Of a stretch of 39,372 nt of DNA, positions 1-11,786 are shown piece by piece. The notes under the pieces are model-generated. The model ran no database searches. It was given only the letters and a program-made list of their open reading frames with translations, and was not told where the DNA came from. The stretch's first letter is position 1; each line of letters begins with the position of its first letter. A program made the translations under genes and the position numbers. The stretch covers positions 62,001 to 101,372 of the forward strand of contig JAPEUD010000083.1 of the NCBI GenBank assembly GCA_026026165.1. Reading direction: 5' to 3'. This DNA comes from Sarea resinae (taxonomy: Eukaryota).

Positions 1-422
1 TGTCGGGGTCGCTGAAACATGTCAGAAAAATATAGTATATATCTTTTGAACTGTCTTACGCTTGTACATCTGGAAGCCATTGAGTGGTGAGGGTTGGCCA
101 TTCCAACGCGGTACTTGAACGCCGTCAGCAATTGTCTTTTGCATTGAATATGCCCGCATACCTCAGCATGACATCGTAGAGGAAAGGTGCGTTCTTCTTC
201 CAGGTTTTGTATTCTAAGGTATCACAGTCAGTCCAAACAAACCATGAACAGTCCTGCACTGTGGGAGCGGCGCATGCCTTCATTGATAATCTTCTCCTCC
301 AGATTCTCTTCTTCCTGCTCGTCGTGGCCGGTCACTAGTGATAAAATCAGTACTGAGGGGGCTTCCTCGAAAAAGCAGCACAGGCGGTGGTTTCAATACT
401 CACTGCTGACATCGTCGGCCAT
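1..422 (-). CDS. HAT2: Histone-binding WD40 protein HAT2/RbAp46-48 family (histone acetyltransferase type B subunit 2), 5' part only; runs off the window edge
   Basis: Not in ORF track. Manual splice: exons 422-404, 334-278, 213-162, 113-60, 11-1 give [64 protein letters not shown], the hallmark N-terminus (INEEYKxWKKNxPFLYD...LEWPTLT) of the RbAp48/Hat2/Msi1 family. Intron 277-214 is GC-AG. Hat2 versus its Msi1/Prw1-type paralogue cannot be fully settled from this fragment. Confidence 0.9.
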
Positions 423-1095
423 GGTGACTGGCATCCGGGCGCAACAAGCTCAGTGGGGTACGCGACCCGTGCAGGTAGATTATTGAGTCTACGAAATACC
501 ACCTAACCAGCAGGGCAAGCAGCCCGGGACAGAGCGCCTGAAAATTGATTGAGAAAGAGATGTGGAGGTTGATGGAGGGCCAGAGCAAGAGATCAGTCAA
601 TCCCTCAAAGTGCATACCGTACATAGCTCAAGGGAAGTTCCATTTCCATCTGGGTGGACGCGCAAAAGTTCGTGTAGCCGCCAAAAGGCTTCCCGTATTA
701 CAGTACAGCGCGTTGTGGGTTTGCCGTCATCTCTACTCCGCCAGCCGCTGCAGGGCTGTCGGACGTCCCCTTTAGGCATAGTCATCCTCTGATCGCATCG
801 GCTCTTGTATCATCATGCACGCCGTCTCGAGATTCGACCCTCAAGAGTCAAGCCAGCCATCAAGCGTCAAGAGTCAAGGCCAACACTCTCGAGTGACACT
901 GAAACCCTAGACGAGAGAGCCCTCTGGACTCTGTGGATTTGTCTTCTTTGCGTTTGCATACCACCTATTATCTCCTTTGCGTTTAACCTCCTTCGCGTAT
1001 AACCTCCTTCGCGGCCTGGCGTCTACGAGCCCCATCTTCCCATAAACGAAACAAGAAAGCTACGTCCACGTCGCTTTTGACAGTCTCACGCCATC

Positions 1096-4000
1096 ATGGG
1101 TGTTCCAAAATTCTTTCGGTGGATGAGCGAGCGGTATCCGGCCATCTCTCAGCTCATAGCTGAGAATCGGATACCGGAGTTCGATTGTCTATATGTGAGC
1201 TTTCGCTCGTCAGAGAGTCTTCGCGCGCGAACTGACTGTTTTCTCTCCAGTTGGATATGAATGGCATCATCCATAACTGCACCCATAAAGATTCCGACTC
1301 GCCAACGTTCCGGATGACAGAGGACAAGATGTTCATTGCAATATTCAATTACATAGAGCATCTATTCGCCAAGATCCGCCCAAAGCAGCTGTTCTTCATG
1401 GCAATTGATGGAGTGGCACCGCGCGCAAAGATGAATCAGCAGAGAGCAAGGCGCTTCAGAACAGCCCTAGATGCAGAAAAGGCGAGAGAAAAGGCTGTCA
1501 AGGATGGAGTGGAGATGCCGAAAGAAGAGGCATTCGATAGTAATTGCATCACTCCAGGTATGCTCTAAGGCTCAGCGAAACCTATTGGTAGCTAATCTCT
1601 GAAGGCACCGAATTCATGGCCAAACTAACACAACAATTGAAATACTTCATCAACAAAAAGGTTTCTGAAGATGCTGACTGGCAAGGGGTCGAGATCGTCC
1701 TTTCGGGACACGAAGTGCCTGGTGAGGGAGAGCACAAGGTCATGGAGTATATTCGCTTGGCCAAATCTCAACCAAACTACGATCCCAATGTTCGACACTG
1801 TCTCTACGGACTGGACGCCGACCTAATAATGCTTGGCTTATTGAGCCATGATCCCCACTTCTGTCTACTTCGCGAGGAGGTTACTTTTGGGCGACAGAAC
1901 CAGAAAAAGTCGAAAGAGTTGGAGCATCAAAATTTCTATCTGATGCATCTTTGCATAGTCAGAGAGTACCTGGAGCTGGAATTCCAAGAATTAAAGGAGC
2001 CTGGTGCTTTGCCGTTTCCTTTCGATATGGAGCGAACAATTGATGACTTCATTCTAATGGCGTTTTTCGTGGGTAACGATTTTCTTCCTAATCTTCCGAA
2101 TCTACATATCAACGAGGGCGCCCTGGCTTTGATGTACAAGGTGTATAAGTCGGTTTTACCAAAAGCAGGAGGCTACATCAATGAGGGTGGCACGATCAAT
2201 CTGGGGAGACTCTCACTACTGTTGGACGAGCTTTCGCACGTCGAATACCGTTTCTTCGAGTCTGAAAACTCTGATGCCAGCTGGTTCAAAGGCAAGCAGA
2301 TGGCGAAGGTGGATGTCATGGAGAAGGGTAGGAAAAAGGGGCCTTTAATCTTGTCGACGCCACAAAAGGCCATCTTTCGTGAGGTGAAAAAATATGTCAC
2401 CAGTCGTTCTGGTGGTCCGACGAGTCCGAGAGATCCGTTCGACCTTCCGTCCGCGCTTCCGGCACGAGATCGTAAGTTCGTGGAAGATCTGGCTGACGAT
2501 CTTCACCTAAAATGGAAGACCGTAGACGACGATGAGGGACAACGGCATCTGAGACTCGAATTTCCTGAGCGCCCTGGCGCGCAAAATGACGAGGAAGAGG
2601 ATGAGGAAGAAGACGAGGAGTCGCAGATAGCTCTACTAAGAGTGATCAAGCGCTACGATAATGCTCAGGTAGTAGATGTGAGTGGAGAACAGGCCCAAGA
2701 AGAAATGGAGAAAAAGTATCAGGCCAAATTCCGATCCTGGAAAGACAAGTATTACCAAGAGAAGTTTGGATGGGGTCTCGACAACGAAGAAGAGATGAGG
2801 AAATTGACCGAGAACTACGTACAAGGCCTGCAATGGGTGCTCTTCTACTATTATCGAGGAGTTGCTTCTTGGCCATGGTTCTACGCTTATCATTATGCTC
2901 CCATGATATCAGGTAATGGCTTTCGTCCTTACTGATATAAACTTGTGCTAACTCAATATAGATGTCATCAAAGGGCTCAAGGCTGATCTCAATTTCCAGC
3001 TTGGTCAGCCTTTCCGACCTTACCAGCAACTGATGGGAGTGCTTCCAGACAGAAGTAAAACCATCGTACCCACACCCTATCATGACCTTATGACTAATCC
3101 TGATTCTCCTATCATCGATTTCTATCCTCGTGACTTTGAACTTGATATGAACGGTAAAAAGATGGAATGGGAAGCTGTGGTCAAGATCCCTTTCATTGAC
3201 GAGAAACGATTGTTAAGTGCGATGAGAACGAAAGAGCATCTACTATCGGAAGACGAACGGGTGAGGAATGAGTTCGGGGTAACACTCAAATTCTCCTACT
3301 CGCCGGACATGGACTTCACATATCCCACGTCTCTTGTTGGTATATTCCCCGATATTGCTCATTGTCACTGCGTCGTCAATATTTTTGAGTTGCCTACCAT
3401 GGATGGGCTGGATTTCCATGTTGGATTGATGAATGGAGTCAAGCTCGGCGAGGCGGCATTGGCTGGCTTTCCTAGCTTGAAAACCCTTCCCCATACAGGA
3501 AGTCTAGATTTTCACGGGGTGAATGTCTTTCAGCAAGACAGTAGGAATGAGAGTATGATCATAACCCTCAAGGATGAGGAGGTCGAGACGAAGGTTTCGC
3601 ACACAAAACAGAAGCTTGGAAAGAGGGTCTTTGTTGGATATCCATTCCTTCAGGAGGCCAAGGTTACACGAGTCTCCGATGAATTATTTGATTATATCCT
3701 CCCCGCGCAAGACGGGAGTCAGGTCGTCCCAATTCCTCACAGTCCTCAAGATATTGACAAATGGAGGAAAAAGGCGGAACGCATCGAAGGCGTGTACAGC
3801 AAAAGACTGGGAATGATGATCGGAACGGTCGAGTCACTGGTGCATGTCGACATGCTGAAGGGGCTTAGAAAGACGGACGAAGGGGCAACCATCAAGGAGT
3901 ATGCCCACATACCCGGAATGGAGACAGACTACGCTTCACAGATTATCGTGGACGATGTCATCAGCGAAGATCAGCGGTTCATCGAGAAAGCCGCTGTCTC

Positions 4001-5528
4001 AATAGAGGAAGAATTCCCCGAGGGAACTCGTGCATTCTTTCTAGGGGAATTCAACTACGGACGACCATTGGAGGTTCTACGACATAGCGGCAACAAAGCC
4101 GAAATTTGGGTATCCACTGTGAAAGGTCGCGAGCCTGAATTTGGACGGGAGATTGCCGTGAATGCCGAGAGAACTAGTCCTTACACTCCTTCGTATGCGG
4201 TTGCTCGGATGTTGAATCTCAATGCCTTGGTTCTAAGCAAGATCACCTCATCTTTTCAGGTATTACTGGACGATCAGCGAGTGAACTTGGGTTTGAACCT
4301 CAAATTTGAAGCAAAGAAGCTCAAAGTTTTGGGTTATTCTCGTCGCGGGACGACTGGGTGGGAATTCAGCCAGAAGACGATCGATTTGATTCAGCAATAT
4401 ATGGTGAAATTCCCGGAATTCATTGCAGGCATCCAACGGAATCCACAAGGGGACGGGTACAACGCGACCGATTTCTATCCTCCCGATCAGGCTCGCGCGA
4501 AGATTAAGGAAATTCAAGCTTGGCTGAAATCGGTTGAATCTAAGAACTTCGAGAAAGTGCCCCTCGAAGCCGAGCAACTTGACTCTGATGTCGTAAAGCG
4601 AATCGAGCAAGCTGCTGACATTGCAGCTCAAAAGGCTCTGGCCGTGGAGGGAAAGAGGATCAAGGGCGCGCCGAGAAGTGCTCTACTCAAACCATCTGAT
4701 GCGGAGCACAGGCTGGGAGGTCAGAGATTTGCTCTCGGCGATCGAGTCGTCTACGTTCAGGATTCAGGAAAGGTCCCCATCGCCACTCGTGGTACGGTTG
4801 TTGGCATGACGCGAACCTCAAGGACGACGCTATTGGACATCGTGTTCGATTTTACATTCATGAGTGGCACGTCCCTTGGAGACAGATGCTCACCCTTCCG
4901 TGGCTCAACAGTCCCAGTCTTATCGGTCCTGAACATTACAGATAAACAGCTCATCGCCGGCACAAAGGCAGGAGCAGAGCACCAGCCGAAGACGCAAGCG
5001 CAGCCGTTGACGGTCAATGGCTACGGCACACCCACAGGCCCGGGAGGTCGAGGCCAATACGTCCCCGCCGCAACTCCAGCGCCCATAAGCGGTTCTTTCC
5101 GAGGCGCTCTGGTAGGCCAACAGAACGGCCACCGTGGTGGGGGCCATGCCAGAGGTCGTGGCGGTCGTGGAGGTTTTGATGGCGCATACGACGGCCACAC
5201 GCAGCAACTTCCCTTCCGCCCTTCGCCCGCCGTAGCACCGCGCGCGAACGGCCATCGTGGTAGAGGTGGTAGAGGTGGTGCCTCAGGCGCTCCTGGTGCT
5301 CCTCGCCAAGGCTATGGCCCCATTGACACGAGCGATTCTACTGATGGCATTGTGCGGAATACCAATTTCCGTCCTCAGTCATACACGAGCGTGCCGCCGC
5401 CGGCTTCTCTCGAAGCCCGTGGTCGGGGCCGTGGCCGTGGCGGAGGTGGACCTAGAGGAGGGAGAGGTAGGGGTGGGATTCGAGGCCGTGGAGGGCCCGG
5501 AGCAGGGGCGATTGCGCAGAGTGGGTAG
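1096..5528 (+). CDS. XRN1: 5'-3' exoribonuclease 1 (Xrn1/Kem1)
   Basis: Exons 1096-1194, 1251-1557, 1605-2912, 2962-5528 (GT-AG introns of 56, 47 and 49 nt). N-terminus [15 protein letters not shown]...[15 protein letters not shown]; motifs [42 protein letters not shown]; long C-terminal region typical of Xrn1 rather than Rat1; RGG-rich tail. Confidence 0.97.
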
Positions 5529-5813
5529 GATAGTGAGCTGTACGGTATAGACCGTGAGCGGTAAAGAAAACCAAGAAGAGCCTACATTACCTTCTTTATT
5601 CACTTAGAAGTAGGTGAATAAACGGTGACCGGCTTCAATGTAGTTTATAGTTGTTAGAAAACAAATATAAAAAAGTCGTGTATAAGCGCAAAATCGCTCT
5701 CGGAGTTTTGGCCTGTGATTTCGTCGCTCTCTGCGGTCCTCGCGAGGGATCTAGAACTCGAATCTGCCCGCGACCTTACCGCGAATTGCCAACACCCAAC
5801 ATCAGACAATGTG

Positions 5814-7339
5814 ATGATCTTCCCAAATCGCCCGGTGCTGCACCTAAAGGGTCACAATGGTAAGAATGAGAGCCTTTGATGCAGTCGTCCGATCAGACTG
5901 ACAAGGTCGTTACATTATTAGGACCCGTTCACTGCATCACGTACAGCGCAGGCCTTGAACAATACGTACGTCCAGTCCCCGATGCAGACGCTCCAGGCCG
6001 GCCACATCCTCATTGTGACCACTACTTGAAGAGCGACAGCAGCACACTTGCTTAACTACATACTTTCTACCAACAGATCCTCACAGGCTCGACGGACCGC
6101 AACATAAATCTCTACAACAGTAGCACGGGCCGCCTAGTCCAAGCCTACACGGCCGGCCACTCGCACGCCGTCCTATCACTCTCTGTCGGCCCTTCGAATG
6201 CCATCTTCGCTTCCGCCGGCGGCGACCGCCATGTCTGCATCTGGGACGTTGCGACTGGCCATACGGTACGGAGGTTCTCTGGGCATGGCGGGCAGGTGAA
6301 TGCGGTCGCGATGGGCGGAGACGGCGGCGAGAGCGTCGTGGTGAGCGGGAGCGTCGATGCTAGTGTGCGGGTGTGGGATCTCAGGAACCGATCTAGCTCG
6401 CGCGAGGTCATGAAGCTGGATGAGGCGAGGGATGCCGTGGGTGCTTTGGAGGTTCGCGGAGCGGAGATCCTGGCGGGGAGCACGGATGGCAGGGTCAGGG
6501 CTTACGATCTTCGGATGGGGGTGGTGAGAACGGATTGTTTGGGTGGTAAGATATGTTTACATTCATATTCTTTCTCTAGCTCAACCCGGTTTCCCTTCAA
6601 CAGTATTTTGGGAAATGTCTTTCTCGCTCTCGTCTTATGCTTTGGGTGGATAGACCAGCTGACTGATACTGGATGCAGCGCCCGTCACGTCCCTGCAGAC
6701 CACCCGCGACGGCTCCGCCTACCTATCATCTACACTGGACTCTCATCTGCGCCTCATGGACAAAGCCACAGGATCGCTTCTCCAATCATTCGCGCACCCC
6801 TCCTTTACCAACGAGAAATACCGCATCCGGTCCTGCCTGGGCCTGACGGATGCCGTGGTTGTGAGCGGGAGCGAGGCGCCCAGCGATGCGACATTGGAGA
6901 CTCTAGAAGGTGACAGAGCGGCCGGTATATTCGTGTGGGATGTTCTAGACGGAAAAGTGCTGATGAGGCTTTCGGCTGGGGACAGTGATGGTGGTGGCGA
7001 GAATGCAGCGAAGGGTCTGCGCGCGAATAAGGCTGTCGTCAGCGCCGTCGTTTTCAGCACCGTGAGGAAGGAGTGGTGTAGTGCCAACCACGATGGTGAG
7101 TTGGAGTTATCCACGATCCTCTCGTCTTCGCTTTCTTTTATCTCCTCTCCTCTTCTCTCCTCTCCTCTCCTCTATCCTCTCCTCTCTTCTCTTCACCACC
7201 CCCTCCACTTCCCTTACAAACACCAAAGAAAAGAACCACGAACACGAACACAAACTAGCCCACCAACTGACCGATCGACCAACCCACTAACACCATCGCC
7301 CTACCACTAGGCACGGTAACGCTATGGGGCTTGCCTTGA
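5814..7339 (+). CDS. WD40-repeat protein, WDR83/MORG1-like
   Basis: Exons 5814-5859, 5922-5965, 6077-6545, 6679-7095, 7311-7339 join in frame: MIFPNRPVLHLKGHNGPVHCITYSAGLEQYILTGSTDRNINLYN...SAGGDRHVCIWDVATGHTVRRFSGHGGQVNAV...SGSVDASVRVWDLR...GSTDGRVRAYDLRMG...DGTVTLWGLP*. These motifs match the WDR83/MORG1 family as I recall it. Confidence 0.88.
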
Positions 7340-7868
7340 ACATATACCATACCGCCTCATCTATTTTGTATCCGCCACTTTTATCCCTTTTACTCATTAG
7401 CCCATGATCCTGCCACCACCACAACAGAGAGCGCGTACATTTCAGCCCGTGACTATGACGACGTATAGTGCCTATACGTACGTGTCCGTCTATCTGTCTG
7501 TCTGTCAATGAATGCAGGAATCAACCATCAAAACAAGTAAAAAGGAAGGGAAGAGGAAGAAAGGCCGAGGAATTAGCGCACGCAAAGGAGAGCGAACAAC
7601 GATCACAGTCTACTCTAGGGTAAGTTACAATTAGATCAGTACCTACCGAGACATCTAGAGGAGTTCAAAGGAATGTTAGATATCATCTACAAGAGATTAT
7701 CTACAAGATATAAGATATAAAACACAAGATACTAGTACTAAGTTAGGTGTCCAAGGACTAAGGTGCATTTTTCAAGCCTAGGTAGTTAGATTAATAGGTC
7801 ACCCCTACTAGCCCTCTCTATCCCTTTCTAAACAATAAAAGAGAGAGAGAGAGGAGTTTTTTGTATTT

Positions 7869-7931
7869 CCTATGCCTATACCTATGCCTATGCCTACACC
7901 TATACCTATGCCAAAGCCTAAACCTATGCCT
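7869..7931 (+). repeat. (CCTATR)n hexamer microsatellite, flanked by (GA)n at ~7840-7853 and (CA)n at ~7987-8006
   Basis: cctatgcctatacctatgcctatgcctacacctatacctatgccaaagcctaaacctatgcct read directly. Confidence 0.85.
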
Positions 7932-8531
7932 AAGAACAAGGAAAAGAAAAGAAAAGAAAACAGACTTAGACTTGCTTTTCTCCATGCACACACACACACA
8001 CACACAGAAACGGATTGCGTTGGTTTGTATAAAACGCTTGTCGCCGTGTCCATCGTCGCATTGCACTCGTCTGGCCTGGCCTGGACGAAGGCCCAGGGTC
8101 TAATGCCAGACACATACATACATACTGATAGACAAAGAACCCTGCTAAAGCGGGCCCGTATTCTCATCATTCATACTAGCTATAAGCAAAAGCAGTAGTA
8201 ATGGCTAGACTGTAGCTCGCATAGGCGCCGGGGCCAGAAACCCAGTAATGGCAAACAAAGGAATAAGAAGTAACGTTCGGAAAAGGCAAAACGGAAAGGA
8301 AGGACTCAGAACTCCAACCATGTAATACTGCGCTGCCCCATATGCAAACGTGCTCGTGGACGACGTAGCCAAATTCGTTCGTCGTGTCCTATCGCGATGG
8401 TATTCGAAAAAGAAAAAAAGTACTTTTGTTGTCAAGAAAATTGCTGGCCGATGGGAAATGTGTCGGTCGCGCTGCTAGTGTATATAGGCCACCGCAAACC
8501 AAAAATCTCCTTTTCAGATTGGCCATCTCCC

Positions 8532-9901
8532 TTAATCACGAGAGAAGCCATTCTCGGTGCCCCGGAGAGCACCCATAGCACGATCCAGCTCGCCCTCGGC
8601 AACCATGACAGTCCCCGCTCTCGCAGTACTGAGATAGCTCATCTCGACCGGATCGCGAAGCTGCTCGGACGTGCCGCCCACGAGTCTCCCCGCGACACCG
8701 CACACGATACCTGTAGCCTCGAGAGGTAGTTGGCGCAGGTCCAATGTGACGGGAATGATGACGTCTTCTTTGCTTCCGAGGAGCACCTCGTCGGAGCCAA
8801 ATTGCGGGAGAAGACGTTGTTCGAGCAACAGGGAAGCTGCTTCACTATCCGTAAGGGTGACGCTGAGGAAGCGTGGACGATTGACCAGGCACTTGATAAG
8901 GCCTAGATGGAGCTTGGCCTCTTTGACGCCTGTCTTGTCGGAGAAGGTATCGCGGCGCCCCGCGCATTGGACGAGGCGGATGTCGGAATTGACGCGGGGA
9001 ACAATGTTGCGGCGTTTGAGGAGGGCGAAGGTGCGGACTTGGAGCTCACTGATTGTTGTCGGAGGTGGGGTCGAAGGGGGCACAGGGTCGAAGGACGAGG
9101 ACGAGGAAGTATTGCGGTGGTGGGACTGGTTGACGAAAGCTTCGGCGCTTTTCTCAAATGCAAAACCCCGGTCTTCGAGAGCGTGGATGACTTGGCCTCG
9201 GGACTTCAGGGGAACGAGGATATAGTCGGAGAAGTAGGTCGTGATGAAGAAGATAGAGCTGTGCCAACGTTTTAGCCTGGGTGTATAATGCCAAGGGAAA
9301 ATCGAGCACGCTTACATTCCGGCCATTGCTAATGGGGTGGTCAATTCAAGGACACGCTGTCCCGCATCAAGGCCCTCGCCATCAACCTGAAAGACCACAT
9401 AATCTTCCTTGGAGATGGCAATTTGTTCTCTCGTGGCTCGGTCTAAGCCTTCAAGAACCGGGACAAATAGCTCCTTTGCAGATTCCCTCGAACACACCAC
9501 CGAACATTCTATGGGCGTGAGGGAGATGTTCACGAAAGGATGCTGAATCGTCCATGTGCTCGAAGAGTGATCGCCTCCGAGGCCGTTGGAGGCAATGTTG
9601 GGTTCTTCCCCTTCAGCTGGGAGCAGAAGTTGAAGAATTGGCTGCACAAAATACGCGTATAGATGCAGCGGAATATGTATCAAGCTGAGCCGTGTGTCCT
9701 AGAATGACATTGGTAATCAACGTCTGTTATCAAGAGGGACAGTGAAGCGATGAACCGTCTTGCAGGAATGTTCGGCGCATGTATGACTCATCAGGCTGCA
9801 TTCATTCAAAGAACAGCTTCTCGAGGATTCTCGAAATAGAGAAGAAGGAATCTTACCAGAAACTGTATCTGCGCACTCATCAAAGTACCCGATTGCTCCA
9901 T
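8532..9901 (-). CDS. CASTOR/GATS-like ACT-domain protein
   Basis: Exons 9901-9857, 9698-9316, 9258-8532: MEQSGTLMSAQIQFL|DTRLSLIHIPLHLY...FVNISLTPIECSVVC...AGQRVLELTTPLAMAGI|SIFFITTYFSDYILVP...RFLSVTLTDSEAASLLLE...LPLEATGIVCGVAGRL...MSYLSTARAGTVMV. PLAxAGISIFFITTYFSDYILV is characteristic of CASTOR-type ACT domains. The start could also be the second Met (9880). Confidence 0.88.
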
Positions 9902-10517
9902 TGGCCGGATTGAACAAGATCGTCGACTGGAAACGGCGAGAGAATTCGCTCAGAAGAGGAAATCCGCAATTCTTCCTCGAGCTTCTAGACGCGAGATCCT
10001 CGCAGGTTGAACGAGAGGCTTCAAGGGCAATGAATTGAGGGTGAGAATGTTGGCTAACGATTCTTGTGAGGTCTACTGGGCGAACGTTGAGATATAGCCT
10101 GGGTCAAGATGAAGATCATCCCCATCGACGTAGAAATTTGGAGAGACGCAATCGCCAACTTGGGAGTGGATCACGACACGTCGTGAAACAATTGAGTGGA
10201 CGAGTCCGCTCCGTCCGGTACGCAGCCTGCTGCGTGATGTGATGAGCTGTAATGTGATGTGATGTGTTGTGTTCAAGGCTACAGATGGTGCAATGGCGAT
10301 GTGGTGAGGGCGAATGAGCAAGAACAGTAGCAGATGAGGTGGTGATGGCCGTAGCCCTTGTTATGCGGTAGCCGTGACAAGCAATGGGAATATGTAGTGG
10401 GAGTCAAAGGAGTAGCAGCAGCAGAGCAGCAACGGCAACAGCAGCGAGCAGGTCTTAAGTTCGGCGAGTGAGAACTGGACTAGACCGAGCGAGGGCTGAG
10501 CGGCGTCATGGGATGGC

Positions 10518-10546
10518 TGGTGGTGGTGGTGGTGGTGGTGGTGGTG
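10518..10546 (+). repeat. (TGG)n microsatellite, ~9 units
   Basis: tggtggtggtggtggtggtggtggtggtg read directly. Confidence 0.9.
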
Positions 10547-11786
10547 ACCCGTTACAAGCGTCAGGATCCGTTATAACAGCTTCTATGGAGCTATACTTGG
10601 CCTGGTGGTAGTGATCTAGGACGGACAGAGAAAAGGACCGAATGAAGAGATCCAGACAACACCTCGACTACGATAGCCCTCTCGCGACAGGCTGAAGGCG
10701 GGCAGAAAAGGCACAAAGAGGGCCAGCCAAAGACCCTGTCGGCTGTCCGTCGTGATTGTCCGGGAATGCTCTCTTAGTCTGGGGAAAGGAAGCTACCACT
10801 CGATGCTAAGTGCCTCCTAACCGTCTGCTAACCGTCTGTCTGTCTGTACGTATGGCGAATCTCGAATCCTTCTTCTCCTTGATGATTACCTATTCCCAGC
10901 ACGGGTCCAAGCACGGTCTGAGAGTATTTGATGCAGCGTGGGGTAAGGTATCCAGGTATCATCACAGCAAGTCGCAAGTACGGAGTCCTCCCTCCCAAGC
11001 ACAAGTACCTATCTCGTAGAGCCTGCAGGCGTCGTAACAATAACAATCGGGAAGGATGGCAGTGACCACCGTGGGACAGTGTACTGGGTACTACCCACGT
11101 AGTATGTCCACGGTGCACCCCGCGTTAGCCTGTTGCTTTGGGTTTAGGGCGCATCTGTCTGCTTGCGGAAAGATTCCATTTCCGTTGCGCTGCGCTGCTG
11201 TGTGTAACGCCATCGGTCATTCCGTACCGCTGAGAGTGGGGTGGGGTGGAACGGGTGGAAGGGGTGGAGTGGCCCGCACGCGGTCCCTGCGCTGCGCTGT
11301 GCCCCTCTCCCCTCTTCCCTCTCTCGCGCGCTGCCAGGTGCCAGCCAAATCAGGAGCATGGGTCGACACTAGCCAGACAGGGTAATTGCGGTCGGTGCCA
11401 AGGTCAGGGAGGGGCGCGAAAACATGCCCGCCACTTACTCTTCTAAGCAGTCATGATCACAGAATCACTCACGTTTCTGCCCGGTTCTCCTCCAGCCGAC
11501 ACTTCTACTCGCCGGAGAATACTCCGGCGTAGAAAGAGGCGCTCGAGCAGACCGGTATACATCCGGGTAGAGTGCCTGTCCGCGTGGGGTAGCTTTCCCA
11601 ATTCGGAGATCTCGAAAAGCCTGGAGCCGCCGCCACCGCGGACAGGGCAGGCCATTCGAGACGCACGTGCTGGCGCCCGAGCGCGTGAGCCTGCAATAGT
11701 AAACAATCCCTGCGCTCCTCCTCCTCCTTCTGAGGCCATACCACGATTGCTCTAGCCTACTGCTCGTAATAATATCAGCACTGGCG

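Noticed and set aside
7808..8198. ORFs with GIGIG / PMPIP repeats
   Set aside because: Translations of the (CCTATR)n and (CA)n microsatellites.
10584..10605. ATACTTGGCCTGG (U1-like 5' end) and ATGGAGCTATAC (RNase MRP CR-V-like)
   Set aside because: The U1 ACTTACC core is broken, and no matching MRP CR-I/P4 partner was found.
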